Of a stretch of 64,000 nucleotides of DNA, positions 8,527-17,506 are shown piece by piece (positions within the stretch are counted from its first letter, which is position 1; every line of letters begins with the position of its first letter). Both the position numbers and the translations under genes were made by a program. Under the pieces are notes generated by a model. The model worked only from the letters and a program-made list of their open reading frames with translations. It was not told where the DNA came from and searched no databases. Where the stretch lies: the IMG/VR virus record IMGVR_UViG_3300007177_000055, positions 61,410-125,409 of that record. One strand, given 5' to 3'. The DNA is from a virus.

Positions 8527-8874
8527 AACCTTAAAATGGTACTTTACACCTAGTCCCAACCCTTTTGACTAACTACACGAAGCAGCTCAAGAGTTTAAAC
8601 AAGAGTTAAGCAAAGAGCTTTACTCTAAGAGTTTAAATACAGCTAGGCCTAGCCCTAAAGAACTAAGAGACTTCTTTTGGCCTACGGCAGCGGTTACTAC
8701 AACTGTAACTGCACACAAGAGTTTGACGCTTTAACTGAAGCCCACATCAAGTTTGCTGAAAAGCTGCTTGATGCGTACGGCTGTAGTAACAGTTCATTTG
8801 CTATGGAGTGCAAATCCATCCATCAAGACCTAACCACTATAGCTAAACGTGTTGCCAACCTTACTAACTCATGA
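8501..8874 (+). pseudogene. possible degraded hypothetical gene (in-frame TAA at 8570-8572 and possible frameshift near 8675)
   Basis: ATG 8501 frame reads MTAYQKVLRTLKWYF...PFD*LHEAAQEFKQELSK...RDFF and could join ORF 8677..8874 by a -1 shift in a T-run. Confidence 0.35.
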
Positions 8875-10022
8875 CTGACCTAACTATTACTTATAGCACG
8901 GGCGTGCTGCAGGCTTTTACCCGGACTGGCAAACTTAAGTTCTGGCAAGGTCACGTTTTAACGTCAACCGACCGTTGGTTTACTCAAGCATCCTATTGGC
9001 AATCTAAAAAAGATGGTGGACCAAGTGAAATCCAGTGGTCTAAACCTTACGAAGTAATCGTTAAAAATGCCGGCCGTAGTAATGAAGTGCTGCCTCAGCA
9101 GCAAGCTCTATTAGAAATTGAGCGGGATTATCAAAAGCAACTGGACAGAGGTTACGCCTTAGTAGGTGAAGAGCCTAACGTCTTACCACAGGCTATGAAA
9201 GCTGTTCGTTACTCCGAGCAAAAACACCGCGTAACATACCCAGCTTTTATGCAACCTAAGCTTAACGGCCAACGTATGCAACGTCTACCAGAACTAGCGT
9301 GGTCAAGGGGTAACAAAGAAATTCTAGAAGAATGCGTAGCACACATTCAAGCTGAGTTAGGGAAATTATCACCTAACTTACCTTTAGACGGAGAGCTAAT
9401 GCTTCCCGGCAATCAACTCTTACAAAAGACCATGATGGCTATCAAAGAGTTTAAGCCCGAACTTACTCCTACCTTAGTTTATTGGGTATATGACTTGGCC
9501 GATCCTAACAGGCCTTTTTCAGAAAGGTACCAAAGCCTAAGCGAACTTTTACCTCAAGATTTACCGCACGTTAAACTGGTACCAACCGTAACCATACAAA
9601 AACCAGAAGAAGTAAGTGCCCATCACCAAGCTTGGGTAAACGCTGGTTTTGAAGGTTCAATGGTACGTTTTGACTATGGGGGTTACGAGCCGGGCCACCG
9701 AAGCGTACAACTACAAAAGATAAAAGACTACCAAGATTCCGAATTTGAAGTTTTAGACATCATACAAGGTAAAGGTAGAGACCTAGGTGCAGCTATTTTT
9801 GTGTGTAAAGCCACCGACACTAAAACTTTCACGTGTGTGCCCGAGTGTGCTGACCACGGAGGCATGCAACACCGCAGGGAACTCTATGCCAACCGGGCTA
9901 GTATCCTAGCTAAACGAGTCTACTTAACAGTGAGATACCAAGAGCTAAGCGCAGCTGGCATACCTATAGGTAATCCGGTAGGAGTGCTACCCTTACGACA
10001 AACACAAACCGAAGGTTACTAA
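8871..10022 (+). CDS. ATP-dependent DNA ligase (phage type)
   Basis: Motif I QPKLNG, III LDGELM, IIIa YWVYDL, IV FEGSMVR, V KIKD, then an OB-fold with TVRYQELS. Confidence 0.92.
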   Translation: MTDLTITYSTGVLQAFTRTGKLKFWQGHVLTSTDRWFTQASYWQSKKDGGPSEIQWSKPYEVIVKNAGRSNEVLPQQQALLEIERDYQKQLDRGYALVGEEPNVLPQAMKAVRYSEQKHRVTYPAFMQPKLNGQRMQRLPELAWSRGNKEILEECVAHIQAELGKLSPNLPLDGELMLPGNQLLQKTMMAIKEFKPELTPTLVYWVYDLADPNRPFSERYQSLSELLPQDLPHVKLVPTVTIQKPEEVSAHHQAWVNAGFEGSMVRFDYGGYEPGHRSVQLQKIKDYQDSEFEVLDIIQGKGRDLGAAIFVCKATDTKTFTCVPECADHGGMQHRRELYANRASILAKRVYLTVRYQELSAAGIPIGNPVGVLPLRQTQTEGY

Positions 10023-10198
10023 TGAAGTATCTAGGAGAGCTAATTGACTGCTTAATGACTTTAAGTATGTTAGTAGCCTGGATTTTTGGTATAGCAATAA
10101 GTACCAATTTTTTGGATGCAATCTTAGCCATATTACTTCCGCCATACGCTTGGATTTTGTTAGCTGAGGCTTTGTTAAAACACTGGGGTTTAAAATAA
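10022..10198 (+). CDS. small membrane protein, paralogue A (58 aa, not in ORF track)
   Basis: MKYLGELIDCLMTLSMLVAWIFGIAISTNFLDAILAILLPPYAWILLAEALLKHWGLK*; TAATG coupling to the ligase. Confidence 0.8.
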   Translation: MKYLGELIDCLMTLSMLVAWIFGIAISTNFLDAILAILLPPYAWILLAEALLKHWGLK

Positions 10199-10238
10199 AC
10201 CACAACAAAGAAAACCACCTGCAAATCAAAGGTTATTA

Positions 10239-10415
10239 ATGAAGAGTTTAAGACAAGTAATTAAAGACGTAGCGGTTTTAGGCGCTGCAACAGCCTGGAC
10301 TTTGGGCATAACTATAGCTCCAGGATTTTGGGGCGTAGTAGGAGCTACATTCTTCCCACCCTACGCTTGGGCCTTACTAACTCAAGTTTTGTATAAACAC
10401 TGGGGTTTACTATGA
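10239..10415 (+). CDS. small membrane protein, paralogue B (58 aa, not in ORF track)
   Basis: MKSLRQVIKDVAVLGAATAWTLGITIAPGFWGVVGATFFPPYAWALLTQVLYKHWGLL*; colinear with paralogue A. Confidence 0.8.
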   Translation: MKSLRQVIKDVAVLGAATAWTLGITIAPGFWGVVGATFFPPYAWALLTQVLYKHWGLL

Positions 10416-10531
10416 CAGAGTTGGATCAACTCCTGAATCTTCCCTTAGGCTGGGTCAAATACTCACCTTGGGAGCAAGAAGGTTATTGTGATAAACAAGC
10501 TCAATGCTGGTTTCAGCAATACGGAAAATGA
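10412..10531 (+). CDS. small hypothetical protein (39 aa)
   Basis: ATGA-coupled; MTELDQLLNLPLGWVKYSPWEQEGYCDKQAQCWFQQYGK*. Confidence 0.35.
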   Translation: MTELDQLLNLPLGWVKYSPWEQEGYCDKQAQCWFQQYGK

Positions 10532-10573
10532 ATATTAGCTCGTCCAGGCTCGATAACAAACACAGTTTGCTGT

Positions 10574-11416
10574 TTGCCCGCCCACATCAACCCTACTGAC
10601 AGAAACTTGAGCATACCTTTAAAGCAAAAAGAATTAGTACACCAACGGTTGACTGAAGTAGCTGCTGAACAAGAAATTACAGTCTTATACGCTGTAGAAT
10701 CTGGGTCTAGAGCTTGGGGGTTCGAGTCACCAGATTCTGATTGGGATGTAAGGTTTTTCTACTTAAGGCCTACCAACTACTATTTGTGGAACCTAGACCC
10801 TAAAAAGCGAGACTGCATAGATGCTGTTGAATACCCTACACAACCAGATCAAATAGACATAGCCGGCTGGGACTTATTGAAGACTTGTAAGTTGTTGTTA
10901 GCCTCAAACCCAGCTGCCTTAGAGTGGCTAGATTCCCCCATTTGTTACTACAACTGGCAAGACATACTGTCAGAACTAAAAGCCTTAGTACCTCTAGTTT
11001 ACAACCGTAGGTCAACTATGTACCACTACCAACACATGGCTCAAACTAACTGGAGAAAATACATCTCCAAAAAGGACCCACTGTTGCTGAAGAAATACCT
11101 ATACGTAATTAGGCCCTTGCTAGCTATGCAATGGATTGAGCGTTACGTCACGCCTATACCTATGTTATTTGAGACTTTAATGCAAGCTACTGACCTACCC
11201 GGGCCAGTACGTAAAGAAATTGAAGATCTCCTAGCTTTAAAACGAAGTTCTTCAGAAAAAGATTACGGCAATCCGTTGCCAGCCATACACGCTTGGATAG
11301 CTGAACGAGTTGACTCACAATCACCTCATTTGGTGCCCACCAGAACACCTGAAGCTAGTGAAATCGCTCGACAAGCAGTAAAAGCCTTTTTCATAAAAAC
11401 ACTGCAAACCAGTTAA
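10574..11416 (+). CDS. predicted nucleotidyltransferase (Pol-beta superfamily, Nuc-transf/YcgL/RlaP-like)
   Basis: YAVESGSRAWGFESPDSDWDVRF (GS..DxD), DIAGWDLLK, SNPAALEWLDSP, KKYLYVIRPLLA; real start may be TTG 10607. Confidence 0.9.
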   Translation: MPAHINPTDRNLSIPLKQKELVHQRLTEVAAEQEITVLYAVESGSRAWGFESPDSDWDVRFFYLRPTNYYLWNLDPKKRDCIDAVEYPTQPDQIDIAGWDLLKTCKLLLASNPAALEWLDSPICYYNWQDILSELKALVPLVYNRRSTMYHYQHMAQTNWRKYISKKDPLLLKKYLYVIRPLLAMQWIERYVTPIPMLFETLMQATDLPGPVRKEIEDLLALKRSSSEKDYGNPLPAIHAWIAERVDSQSPHLVPTRTPEASEIARQAVKAFFIKTLQTS

Positions 11417-11424
11417 AAACTCCG

Positions 11425-11498
11425 GGGCTGTTAGCTCAGCGGATTAGAGCAGTGGTCTTCTAAACCACGAGTCATCGGTTCGAATCCAATACAGCCCG
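11425..11498 (+). tRNA. tRNA-Arg(TCT)
   Basis: Acceptor GGGCTGT/ACAGCCC, D-arm GCTC/GAGC, anticodon stem GTGGT/ACCAC with loop CT-TCT-AA, T-loop TTCGAAT; no encoded CCA. Confidence 0.95.
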
Positions 11499-11516
11499 TT
11501 ACTTTACTAATTACCA

Positions 11517-11906
11517 ATGGAACTTACTTCGCCCCTTAACCCCGAAATCAAAGAACTCTGGTGTACTGCACTGGAATCTGGAGAATACCAACAAGCTACA
11601 GGTAGACTACGTACTGAAACCGGCTTCTGCTGCTTAGGCGTGTTATCAGACTTAGCTGTTAAAGCAGGTGTACAAAAGTGGACCTACAATACCGACGACT
11701 GTGAGGGTTATGGCATTCCTAACGAAGATGGATCTTTTACAAGAGGGCTATTACCCAAAGATATACAAAACTGGGCAGGGCTTACAGGGCCCGCTGCATG
11801 CGACCCGGTAGTGCGAACAGATAACAAAACCCACAGGTTATCTGCCCTTAATGACCAAGGCTACGACTTTAAGACCATTGCCCAACTAATAAGAGAACAA
11901 CTATGA
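11517..11906 (+). CDS. phage protein of unknown function, FCCLGVL family, copy 1
   Basis: W..AL.SG.Y.Q...FCCLGVLSDLAV ... LND.G..F..IA.LI.EQL. Confidence 0.85.
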   Translation: MELTSPLNPEIKELWCTALESGEYQQATGRLRTETGFCCLGVLSDLAVKAGVQKWTYNTDDCEGYGIPNEDGSFTRGLLPKDIQNWAGLTGPAACDPVVRTDNKTHRLSALNDQGYDFKTIAQLIREQL

Positions 11907-12346
11907 CTAACCAGAAACTGAACCTAGAAATCAAACAGCTTTGGTGTTCTAGTTTAAGGTCAGGAAAGTACCCTCAAGGTAAAAATGCATTAAACCGTTC
12001 AGGAACTTTTTGCTGCTTAGGTGTACTACCAGACTTAGCTGTTAGGGCAGGTATAAGTAAACGGACTGAAGAAAACCTCTACTTACGCCCAGAATACAAT
12101 GCAAAAGACGACGGCTGCAATTTTATAAATAAAAGTAGAACCCAATGTAGCAGATCTTGTTTAATCGAAGACGTTAGAGTTTGGGTTGGACTAGAAAACC
12201 TAGACCCTTGTGTTGTTACAACTAAACATCACTGGGAAAGCATAGGAGTTAAAGAACCTGTAAGCTTAAGGTATAAGGTGTCCCAACTTAACGACCGAGG
12301 TTTCAGTTTTGAAACTATTGCTAGTCTGATCGAGGAACAACTGTGA
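11903..12346 (+). CDS. phage protein of unknown function, FCCLGVL family, copy 2
   Basis: Same motifs; ATGA overlap with copy 1. Confidence 0.85.
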   Translation: MTNQKLNLEIKQLWCSSLRSGKYPQGKNALNRSGTFCCLGVLPDLAVRAGISKRTEENLYLRPEYNAKDDGCNFINKSRTQCSRSCLIEDVRVWVGLENLDPCVVTTKHHWESIGVKEPVSLRYKVSQLNDRGFSFETIASLIEEQL

Positions 12347-12720
12347 GTGATCTTAAACTAAAGCCCGAAATTAGAGCCCGGTTTCTAGAAGCGTTAAGGT
12401 CCAACAAGTACTCACAAGGTGAAGGTCGTTTAAAAAAGCAAGACCACTTTTGCTGTTTAGGCGTATTAAGCGACTTAGCTGTACAAGACGGTGTAGCTGA
12501 TTGGGAAGAAGACGTACTAGTAGTAGGCGACATCTACTCTAAGAGTTTATTTCCAGAACAGCTACTTAATTGGGCTTGTGGAGGTAGTTTCACAGTCTTT
12601 GACGGACCAACGGCCTTCCCATTACCAGAGTCAGAGGAAGCACGTTCATTAACTTACGCAAACGACGAACTTAAATGGACTTTTTCGGAAATTGCCTGCC
12701 TAGTTGAACAATACATGTAA
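12343..12720 (+). CDS. phage protein of unknown function, FCCLGVL family, copy 3
   Basis: Same motifs; GTGA overlap with copy 2. Confidence 0.85.
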   Translation: MSDLKLKPEIRARFLEALRSNKYSQGEGRLKKQDHFCCLGVLSDLAVQDGVADWEEDVLVVGDIYSKSLFPEQLLNWACGGSFTVFDGPTAFPLPESEEARSLTYANDELKWTFSEIACLVEQYM

Positions 12721-12725
12721 GACCT

Positions 12726-13910
12726 ATGAAAGCGGCTGCCCTACAAGAAATCCTAACTTTAAGTAAAGTCGCCCGCACATACGGAGTCGATCTAAGCGCT
12801 AACGAGTCTCAAAACTGCCCGTTTTGCAGTGGCGTCAAGCAATTCCGCACCATTAGAAATCGTTGGTATCGGTGCTTCAAATGTAGTCGCAAGGGAGACA
12901 TCTATCGTTTACTTCAAGACTTAAAAGTAACTAAAAACTTTCAAGAGTCCTTTAATATACTCAGCAGAAGTGTAACTGATTCACCAGAGTACCAAGCTTA
13001 TAAGGCCCGAATTAGTGGCTTTAATAGAGCTTGGACAGCCTACCAAGCTAAAGCTAACGCCCCTGAAATAGCACAATACGCTACAGAACGAGGTTGGAGT
13101 TTTAAACCCGGTGAAGTAGGCTACGCAGACTCAGCATACACGCTACGTCAAGCCGGCTTTAGTATACACGAACTAGAAAGTTTGGGCTTATACGCTCACG
13201 GTAGTGAACACTATTCCAACCACTTAATATTTCCTATCTACAACCACGACGGAGAAGTAGTACATTTTTCTGCTCGGGCATTAGATCCCAAGGAAGAGCT
13301 ACGTTGGAAACACACGTCCGGCACACCTCCCATAAACAACTTTTTATACGGAGCTAACAACTTAGGAGCCAGTACTTATGCTGTTATATGCGAAGGAATC
13401 TCTGATTCACGGTCTTTAATACAACTAGGCGAACCTGCAGTAGGTGTATTTGGGGTTACCATACCTCTAGTACAACACGCAGCACTCTTTAGAGAGTGTA
13501 AGTGTTTAGTAGCTTTCTTTGATAGAGACCGCTACCCATTAGGACACGAAAAACAAAACCAATACAAGTCTTGGTCTCAAGTAACTCCACACTTAGTCGA
13601 CCTAGCTGTAGAACTAAAAGTACCAGTATTATGTCTAATGGCTCCTAACTGGCCAGGGGTAAAAGATGCTAACGAGTACTTAACGGCAATTGACTATGAC
13701 CGCCCGACTTATCAGCGCTGGGCCTCCAAGTCTTACCGCCAATTGCATTCTGTAGCTTTAGAAATCCTCGGTAAAGACTTAACCCAACACGCTAATTTGT
13801 GGCGGTTACACGCGGCTGTACCTAATCCTGCAGCTATGAAAGAGTTTCGGGAACAAATCCTAAAGGACTACGATAGCTGGGAATCTTACTTGCTAGCGTT
13901 ACATGCCTAA
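12726..13910 (+). CDS. DnaG-type DNA primase (Zn finger + TOPRIM)
   Basis: CPFC...WYRCFKC...GD zinc finger; LIFPIYN..GEVVHFSARAL; ICEGISD; FFDRD; KDANEYL. Confidence 0.9.
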   Translation: MKAAALQEILTLSKVARTYGVDLSANESQNCPFCSGVKQFRTIRNRWYRCFKCSRKGDIYRLLQDLKVTKNFQESFNILSRSVTDSPEYQAYKARISGFNRAWTAYQAKANAPEIAQYATERGWSFKPGEVGYADSAYTLRQAGFSIHELESLGLYAHGSEHYSNHLIFPIYNHDGEVVHFSARALDPKEELRWKHTSGTPPINNFLYGANNLGASTYAVICEGISDSRSLIQLGEPAVGVFGVTIPLVQHAALFRECKCLVAFFDRDRYPLGHEKQNQYKSWSQVTPHLVDLAVELKVPVLCLMAPNWPGVKDANEYLTAIDYDRPTYQRWASKSYRQLHSVALEILGKDLTQHANLWRLHAAVPNPAAMKEFREQILKDYDSWESYLLALHA

Positions 13911-14619
13911 ATACTACTTATACGCAGAATCCCCAGACCGGGTCTTAGCAGGCCCGGTTTCCGTGTGCGGGTTGTTTTTACCAGAGCCATTAATACTGCC
14001 TGTTAAGGGCCTAAGTGAGTGGATAGACGAAGCTATAAAAACAGAAAAACTTTACTTTATACACTATTACGTATGGCCAGATGAACTAAACTTCAAAACT
14101 CTTCAGCGTCGTGTTGACTCTGTGTGCTGTCGTTTGTTCTTTAAGTCACAAATAAGAGCAACCTACCACCGGCTGGTAAAAAGTGTACCTCATTCTTACA
14201 ACTACGCTATACACTACAAACGCTGTCCTCTACACCATCGAATAGCTAGTTACCTTTGTCACCAATACCGAACAAACTTAATACTGACACACTACACTAA
14301 AGTACATCCAGAGTACTCCCTAACTAAACACTGGGGTTATAAAACTGAATTACACCTAGAAGAAATACTACGTTTAGGGCCACGAGCAGACTTCCATCAT
14401 TCTTCAGTTCGCAACTTGGTATCTCAGTACTGGTTAAAGCAACTTCTAAATGGCAACCCTAAATACTTAATGGGAGACTACCCGTATTGGTGGGGCAGCA
14501 CAGAGTTCATAAATCCAGCTCTAGTAAATCACCTACTACAACCTTCAGGATGTAAAGAACACTTAGAGTGGCTAAAAACAGCCGGTATAGATTCGCTCCC
14601 TGCTACGCCAGAAAATTAA
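13903..14619 (+). CDS. RNase HII-like protein, catalytic residues degenerate
   Basis: LAGPVSVC, IASYL, HPEYSLTKHWGYKTELHLEEILRLGP..FH match the RNase HII pattern, but GxDEAGRG is replaced by YAESPDR. Confidence 0.65.
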   Translation: MPKYYLYAESPDRVLAGPVSVCGLFLPEPLILPVKGLSEWIDEAIKTEKLYFIHYYVWPDELNFKTLQRRVDSVCCRLFFKSQIRATYHRLVKSVPHSYNYAIHYKRCPLHHRIASYLCHQYRTNLILTHYTKVHPEYSLTKHWGYKTELHLEEILRLGPRADFHHSSVRNLVSQYWLKQLLNGNPKYLMGDYPYWWGSTEFINPALVNHLLQPSGCKEHLEWLKTAGIDSLPATPEN

Positions 14620-14686
14620 AACAAAGTACACCTGGGTAAAACCAAACCGTAAGAGCCTAAACAGGATAAGCTGTAAAAAAACAAAG

Positions 14687-15076
14687 ATGACTAATTACTC
14701 AGAAAAGCTCAACCAAATTTGGCAGTCCCAGCCTGCAAATTTAAGCGTGTCAGCCAAGCTTTTAAGAATAGACTCTTTAGCTTGCATGGAAATACTAGAT
14801 AATACCCAATTCAACCACAACTATTCGGCCAACTGGTTTTTTATATTGATGGTTCATATTTTGCACCAGTATTTAAATCTGGGGTTAGTACGGTACAGCG
14901 ATCCCATAGTTAAAGAACTAACAGTTCATCACGCCTACCGTTTTCAAAGAAAAACGCTTTTAAACATTGACTCTGTAAGCATGTATAACCGTCTAGTACA
15001 CTATACTGTTCTGAGGAAACAACTCAGAGTGCTAGTCGATGACAATTTACGTAGGTCTCGACCAATCGCTCAATAA
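14687..15076 (+). CDS. hypothetical protein
   Basis: 129-aa ORF. Confidence 0.6.
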   Translation: MTNYSEKLNQIWQSQPANLSVSAKLLRIDSLACMEILDNTQFNHNYSANWFFILMVHILHQYLNLGLVRYSDPIVKELTVHHAYRFQRKTLLNIDSVSMYNRLVHYTVLRKQLRVLVDDNLRRSRPIAQ

Positions 15077-15602
15077 CACCGGTATAGCTGTGACCAATGG
15101 AAAAAAAACCGCAGTAACCTTACAAAAGTCGCCGGCAAAATTAACAGAACTACAAAAACTGTACGAACTTGAACTTCTACTAGTAAACCTTATACAAACA
15201 TTAAAGCCCAAGCGAGTTTACTTAGAAAACGTCTATTTCGTTCGTTTCAGGATAAAGTCAGCTTTGTCCCTACTACGAGTAGAAACCACCCTAAAGCTAG
15301 TTTGCTTAAGGGAAAAAACTGAGCAAACCAGCTTATCGGCCAACCCTAGAGAAGCTGATTCTTGGCCAAAAATATTAGGAGTAACCACTACTAAAGAAGC
15401 TACTGCTGAGCTTTTTCTTCCCAAAATAAAAGACGATACTACTACAGATCACGAAACAGACGCTTTAGGTATTCTTTACGCAGGGGTAATCAAAGACACT
15501 ACTCGTACTAGAGCTGGTATGATGAAAGTACCAATCATACGAGTTCATGCTAGAGATTTTAGAAAAGACTCCCGAAACTTCACGAACTGTTTCTTACAGT
15601 AG
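15039..15602 (+). CDS. RuvC-like Holliday junction resolvase
   Basis: YVGLDQSLNNTGIAV, VYLEN, DHETDALGI. Confidence 0.82.
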   Translation: MTIYVGLDQSLNNTGIAVTNGKKTAVTLQKSPAKLTELQKLYELELLLVNLIQTLKPKRVYLENVYFVRFRIKSALSLLRVETTLKLVCLREKTEQTSLSANPREADSWPKILGVTTTKEATAELFLPKIKDDTTTDHETDALGILYAGVIKDTTRTRAGMMKVPIIRVHARDFRKDSRNFTNCFLQ

Positions 15603-16710
15603 GTTGTCTTCATACTTAGAGTGCCCGCAGAAATACTACAACAAATACGTCGATAAGTTAAAAATAAGCCAGCCTTTAGAAGATTACTTCTTAAAAGGTA
15701 CTTTAAGTCACCGAATACTAGAAGAATATTTAAAAGGAGCTTCTATAGAAGACGCCACTAATTTGATACTTCCAGATTGGATAGTTAACAACTGTTTAAT
15801 TCCCCTAACAGAAAGTTCGCCTAGTAATGAAGAAGACCTTTACGAACTAGCAGACTCTAGTGGACTGGACTTCGACTTACTAGAACGGTACGTACACCCA
15901 ACCGCGCATTTACTATATAGGTGTTCCGCTAACTACCAAGGTGATGATCCTATTCGTAAAAATGACGGCACAATCCCAGCAGACCCTTTAGGATACCCGC
16001 CTACTCAATTTAAAAAAGAGTACGAACGTCAACATCTACATACCTTAAAAGCAGAAATAGACATCCAAGCCGCTAGGTCTTCAGTAGCCTTCCGCCGCTT
16101 TTCATTAGCTGATACAGCTGCTTTGGCTTTATCGTACGTAGTAGGCTTTAAAATACCTGAATATGTTGACGAAACCGTAGCGGTAGAGTTTGACCTTTCT
16201 GAAGGTAAAACTCCTTGGGATGTTGACGAATACTGGAATGGAGCTATTGACTGGGTATTTAGAACCACTCAAGGCGCAACAGTAATTTGTGATCACAAAA
16301 CAGAAAAAAGAAAACCGCTGGGTATTGAAGTGTTATTTCATTCCCAGTTAAATCTATACGCTCACTTATATTACGAACAAACCGGAGTGTTAGCTGATTA
16401 CTTAGCCATTAATCACTTACCTTCTGGGGAGTTAGTTCTAGCTAAGTTAGACCTAGAAGTAGTAAAAGATAACTACCTTTACTGGCTATCAGTTAGAGAG
16501 AAAATAAAAGGAGATTTAAGTAGCAACTCTTGGACTAAGCAGTTACCGACCAAGTACAACTCCCCTTGTGTACGCCGGCATTGGAAGAGCAATGACCTAA
16601 CTCAGGTATGTCCACACCTAACTAATTGCTGGCCCCAATACGCAGACTACTTAGGTTTAGAATTAGAGCCTTTCCTTAACGAGCAAGCGTTACAAAATGC
16701 AGGTATCTAG
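15547..16710 (+). CDS. PD-(D/E)XK (RecB/Cas4-like) exonuclease
   Basis: SYSRLSSYLECPQKY, GTLSH, AVE, GAIDWV, ICDHKT, QLNLYA, C-terminal C..CP....C cysteines. Confidence 0.88.
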   Translation: MLEILEKTPETSRTVSYSRLSSYLECPQKYYNKYVDKLKISQPLEDYFLKGTLSHRILEEYLKGASIEDATNLILPDWIVNNCLIPLTESSPSNEEDLYELADSSGLDFDLLERYVHPTAHLLYRCSANYQGDDPIRKNDGTIPADPLGYPPTQFKKEYERQHLHTLKAEIDIQAARSSVAFRRFSLADTAALALSYVVGFKIPEYVDETVAVEFDLSEGKTPWDVDEYWNGAIDWVFRTTQGATVICDHKTEKRKPLGIEVLFHSQLNLYAHLYYEQTGVLADYLAINHLPSGELVLAKLDLEVVKDNYLYWLSVREKIKGDLSSNSWTKQLPTKYNSPCVRRHWKSNDLTQVCPHLTNCWPQYADYLGLELEPFLNEQALQNAGI

Positions 16711-17506
16711 AGGTGAACTATATGAATACATATCTCGTCGAGTAGGAGTTTCTCAAGCTACGGCTAAAGAATGTCTTACCGCATTAGGAGAATACACAGC
16801 TATAAAACTGGGGGCTGGCCTAAAAGTCAGCCTGCCCGGCATAGGTGTACTTAACCGAGTAAGAGTTAAACAACGTGCTTCCTTAAAACTTAGTACTAGT
16901 TCAGTACTAAGCACATACCTAAGCCTAGCAAGACCGCTTGCACAAGACTACTTTCTAAAGCATGGCAGGAAACCCCCTACACGATTAACACAGTTTGACC
17001 GATGGATTAACCAAAAGGGAGAAGCTTATTTAGCCCAGATTTCCAAAAATCCCATAAGCCTTAAGTGGTTTAATCCAGTTCATTATTCCTTGTTAGCTTA
17101 CCTCCAGTCTTCCTTTATATGGGGTCACTCATGGGAACATCCTATAAGTCACGAAGTTTATAGCCCAGAGCTAATTAGGAGTAAGTTACTGGCTTACAAA
17201 CACATAGACTTAGTTTCCTACCAGAAACTGTTTTTAGTGTGGGTCAACTTAAAAGACCGCCGACCAAGAGCTAAACGCTTTGGTTGGTCTGAAGAGTCAC
17301 TGTACGAAGGTTGGAAAAAAGCACTCAATGGAGTGTTGCTGCTCTTACTATTTCCTGAGCTAGATCCTATACTTGGAGAAACTTTAATTCTGCAAGATGT
17401 ACGACCAGGATCAAGAAAGATTAGCACTGGAACGAGCTCAGAGTGCAATGGCATTCATCGAGCAAATAGAGTTCATAATTTACTCCCTAGAAGCCCTGAA
17501 AAGTAG
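16697..17506 (+). CDS. HU/IHF-like N-terminal DNA-binding domain fused to an unknown domain
   Basis: VSRGELYEYISRRVGVSQATAKECLTALGEYTAIKLGAGLKVSLPGIGVL follows the HU pattern. Confidence 0.65.
   Translation: MQVSRGELYEYISRRVGVSQATAKECLTALGEYTAIKLGAGLKVSLPGIGVLNRVRVKQRASLKLSTSSVLSTYLSLARPLAQDYFLKHGRKPPTRLTQFDRWINQKGEAYLAQISKNPISLKWFNPVHYSLLAYLQSSFIWGHSWEHPISHEVYSPELIRSKLLAYKHIDLVSYQKLFLVWVNLKDRRPRAKRFGWSEESLYEGWKKALNGVLLLLLFPELDPILGETLILQDVRPGSRKISTGTSSECNGIHRANRVHNLLPRSPEK

Noticed and set aside
9964-10229. Minus-strand ORFs 9964..10224 and 9993..10229
   Set aside because: Antisense shadows of the real + strand 58-aa membrane gene at 10022..10198
6731-10606. Genome-wide stop-codon reassignment (in-frame TAG 6908, TAA 8570, TGA 10529)
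   Set aside because: Three different stop codons are involved, long core genes are uninterrupted in the standard code, all three stops end real genes, and no suppressor tRNA is seen
15039-15602. RuvC-like ORF as TnpB/Cas12
   Set aside because: Only 187 aa with no zinc finger, REC/WED region, IS ends or array; fits a plain resolvase
15547-16710. Cas4-like nuclease suggesting a CRISPR system
   Set aside because: No repeat-spacer array or other cas genes are visible; the context (RuvC, primase) fits a phage recombination exonuclease
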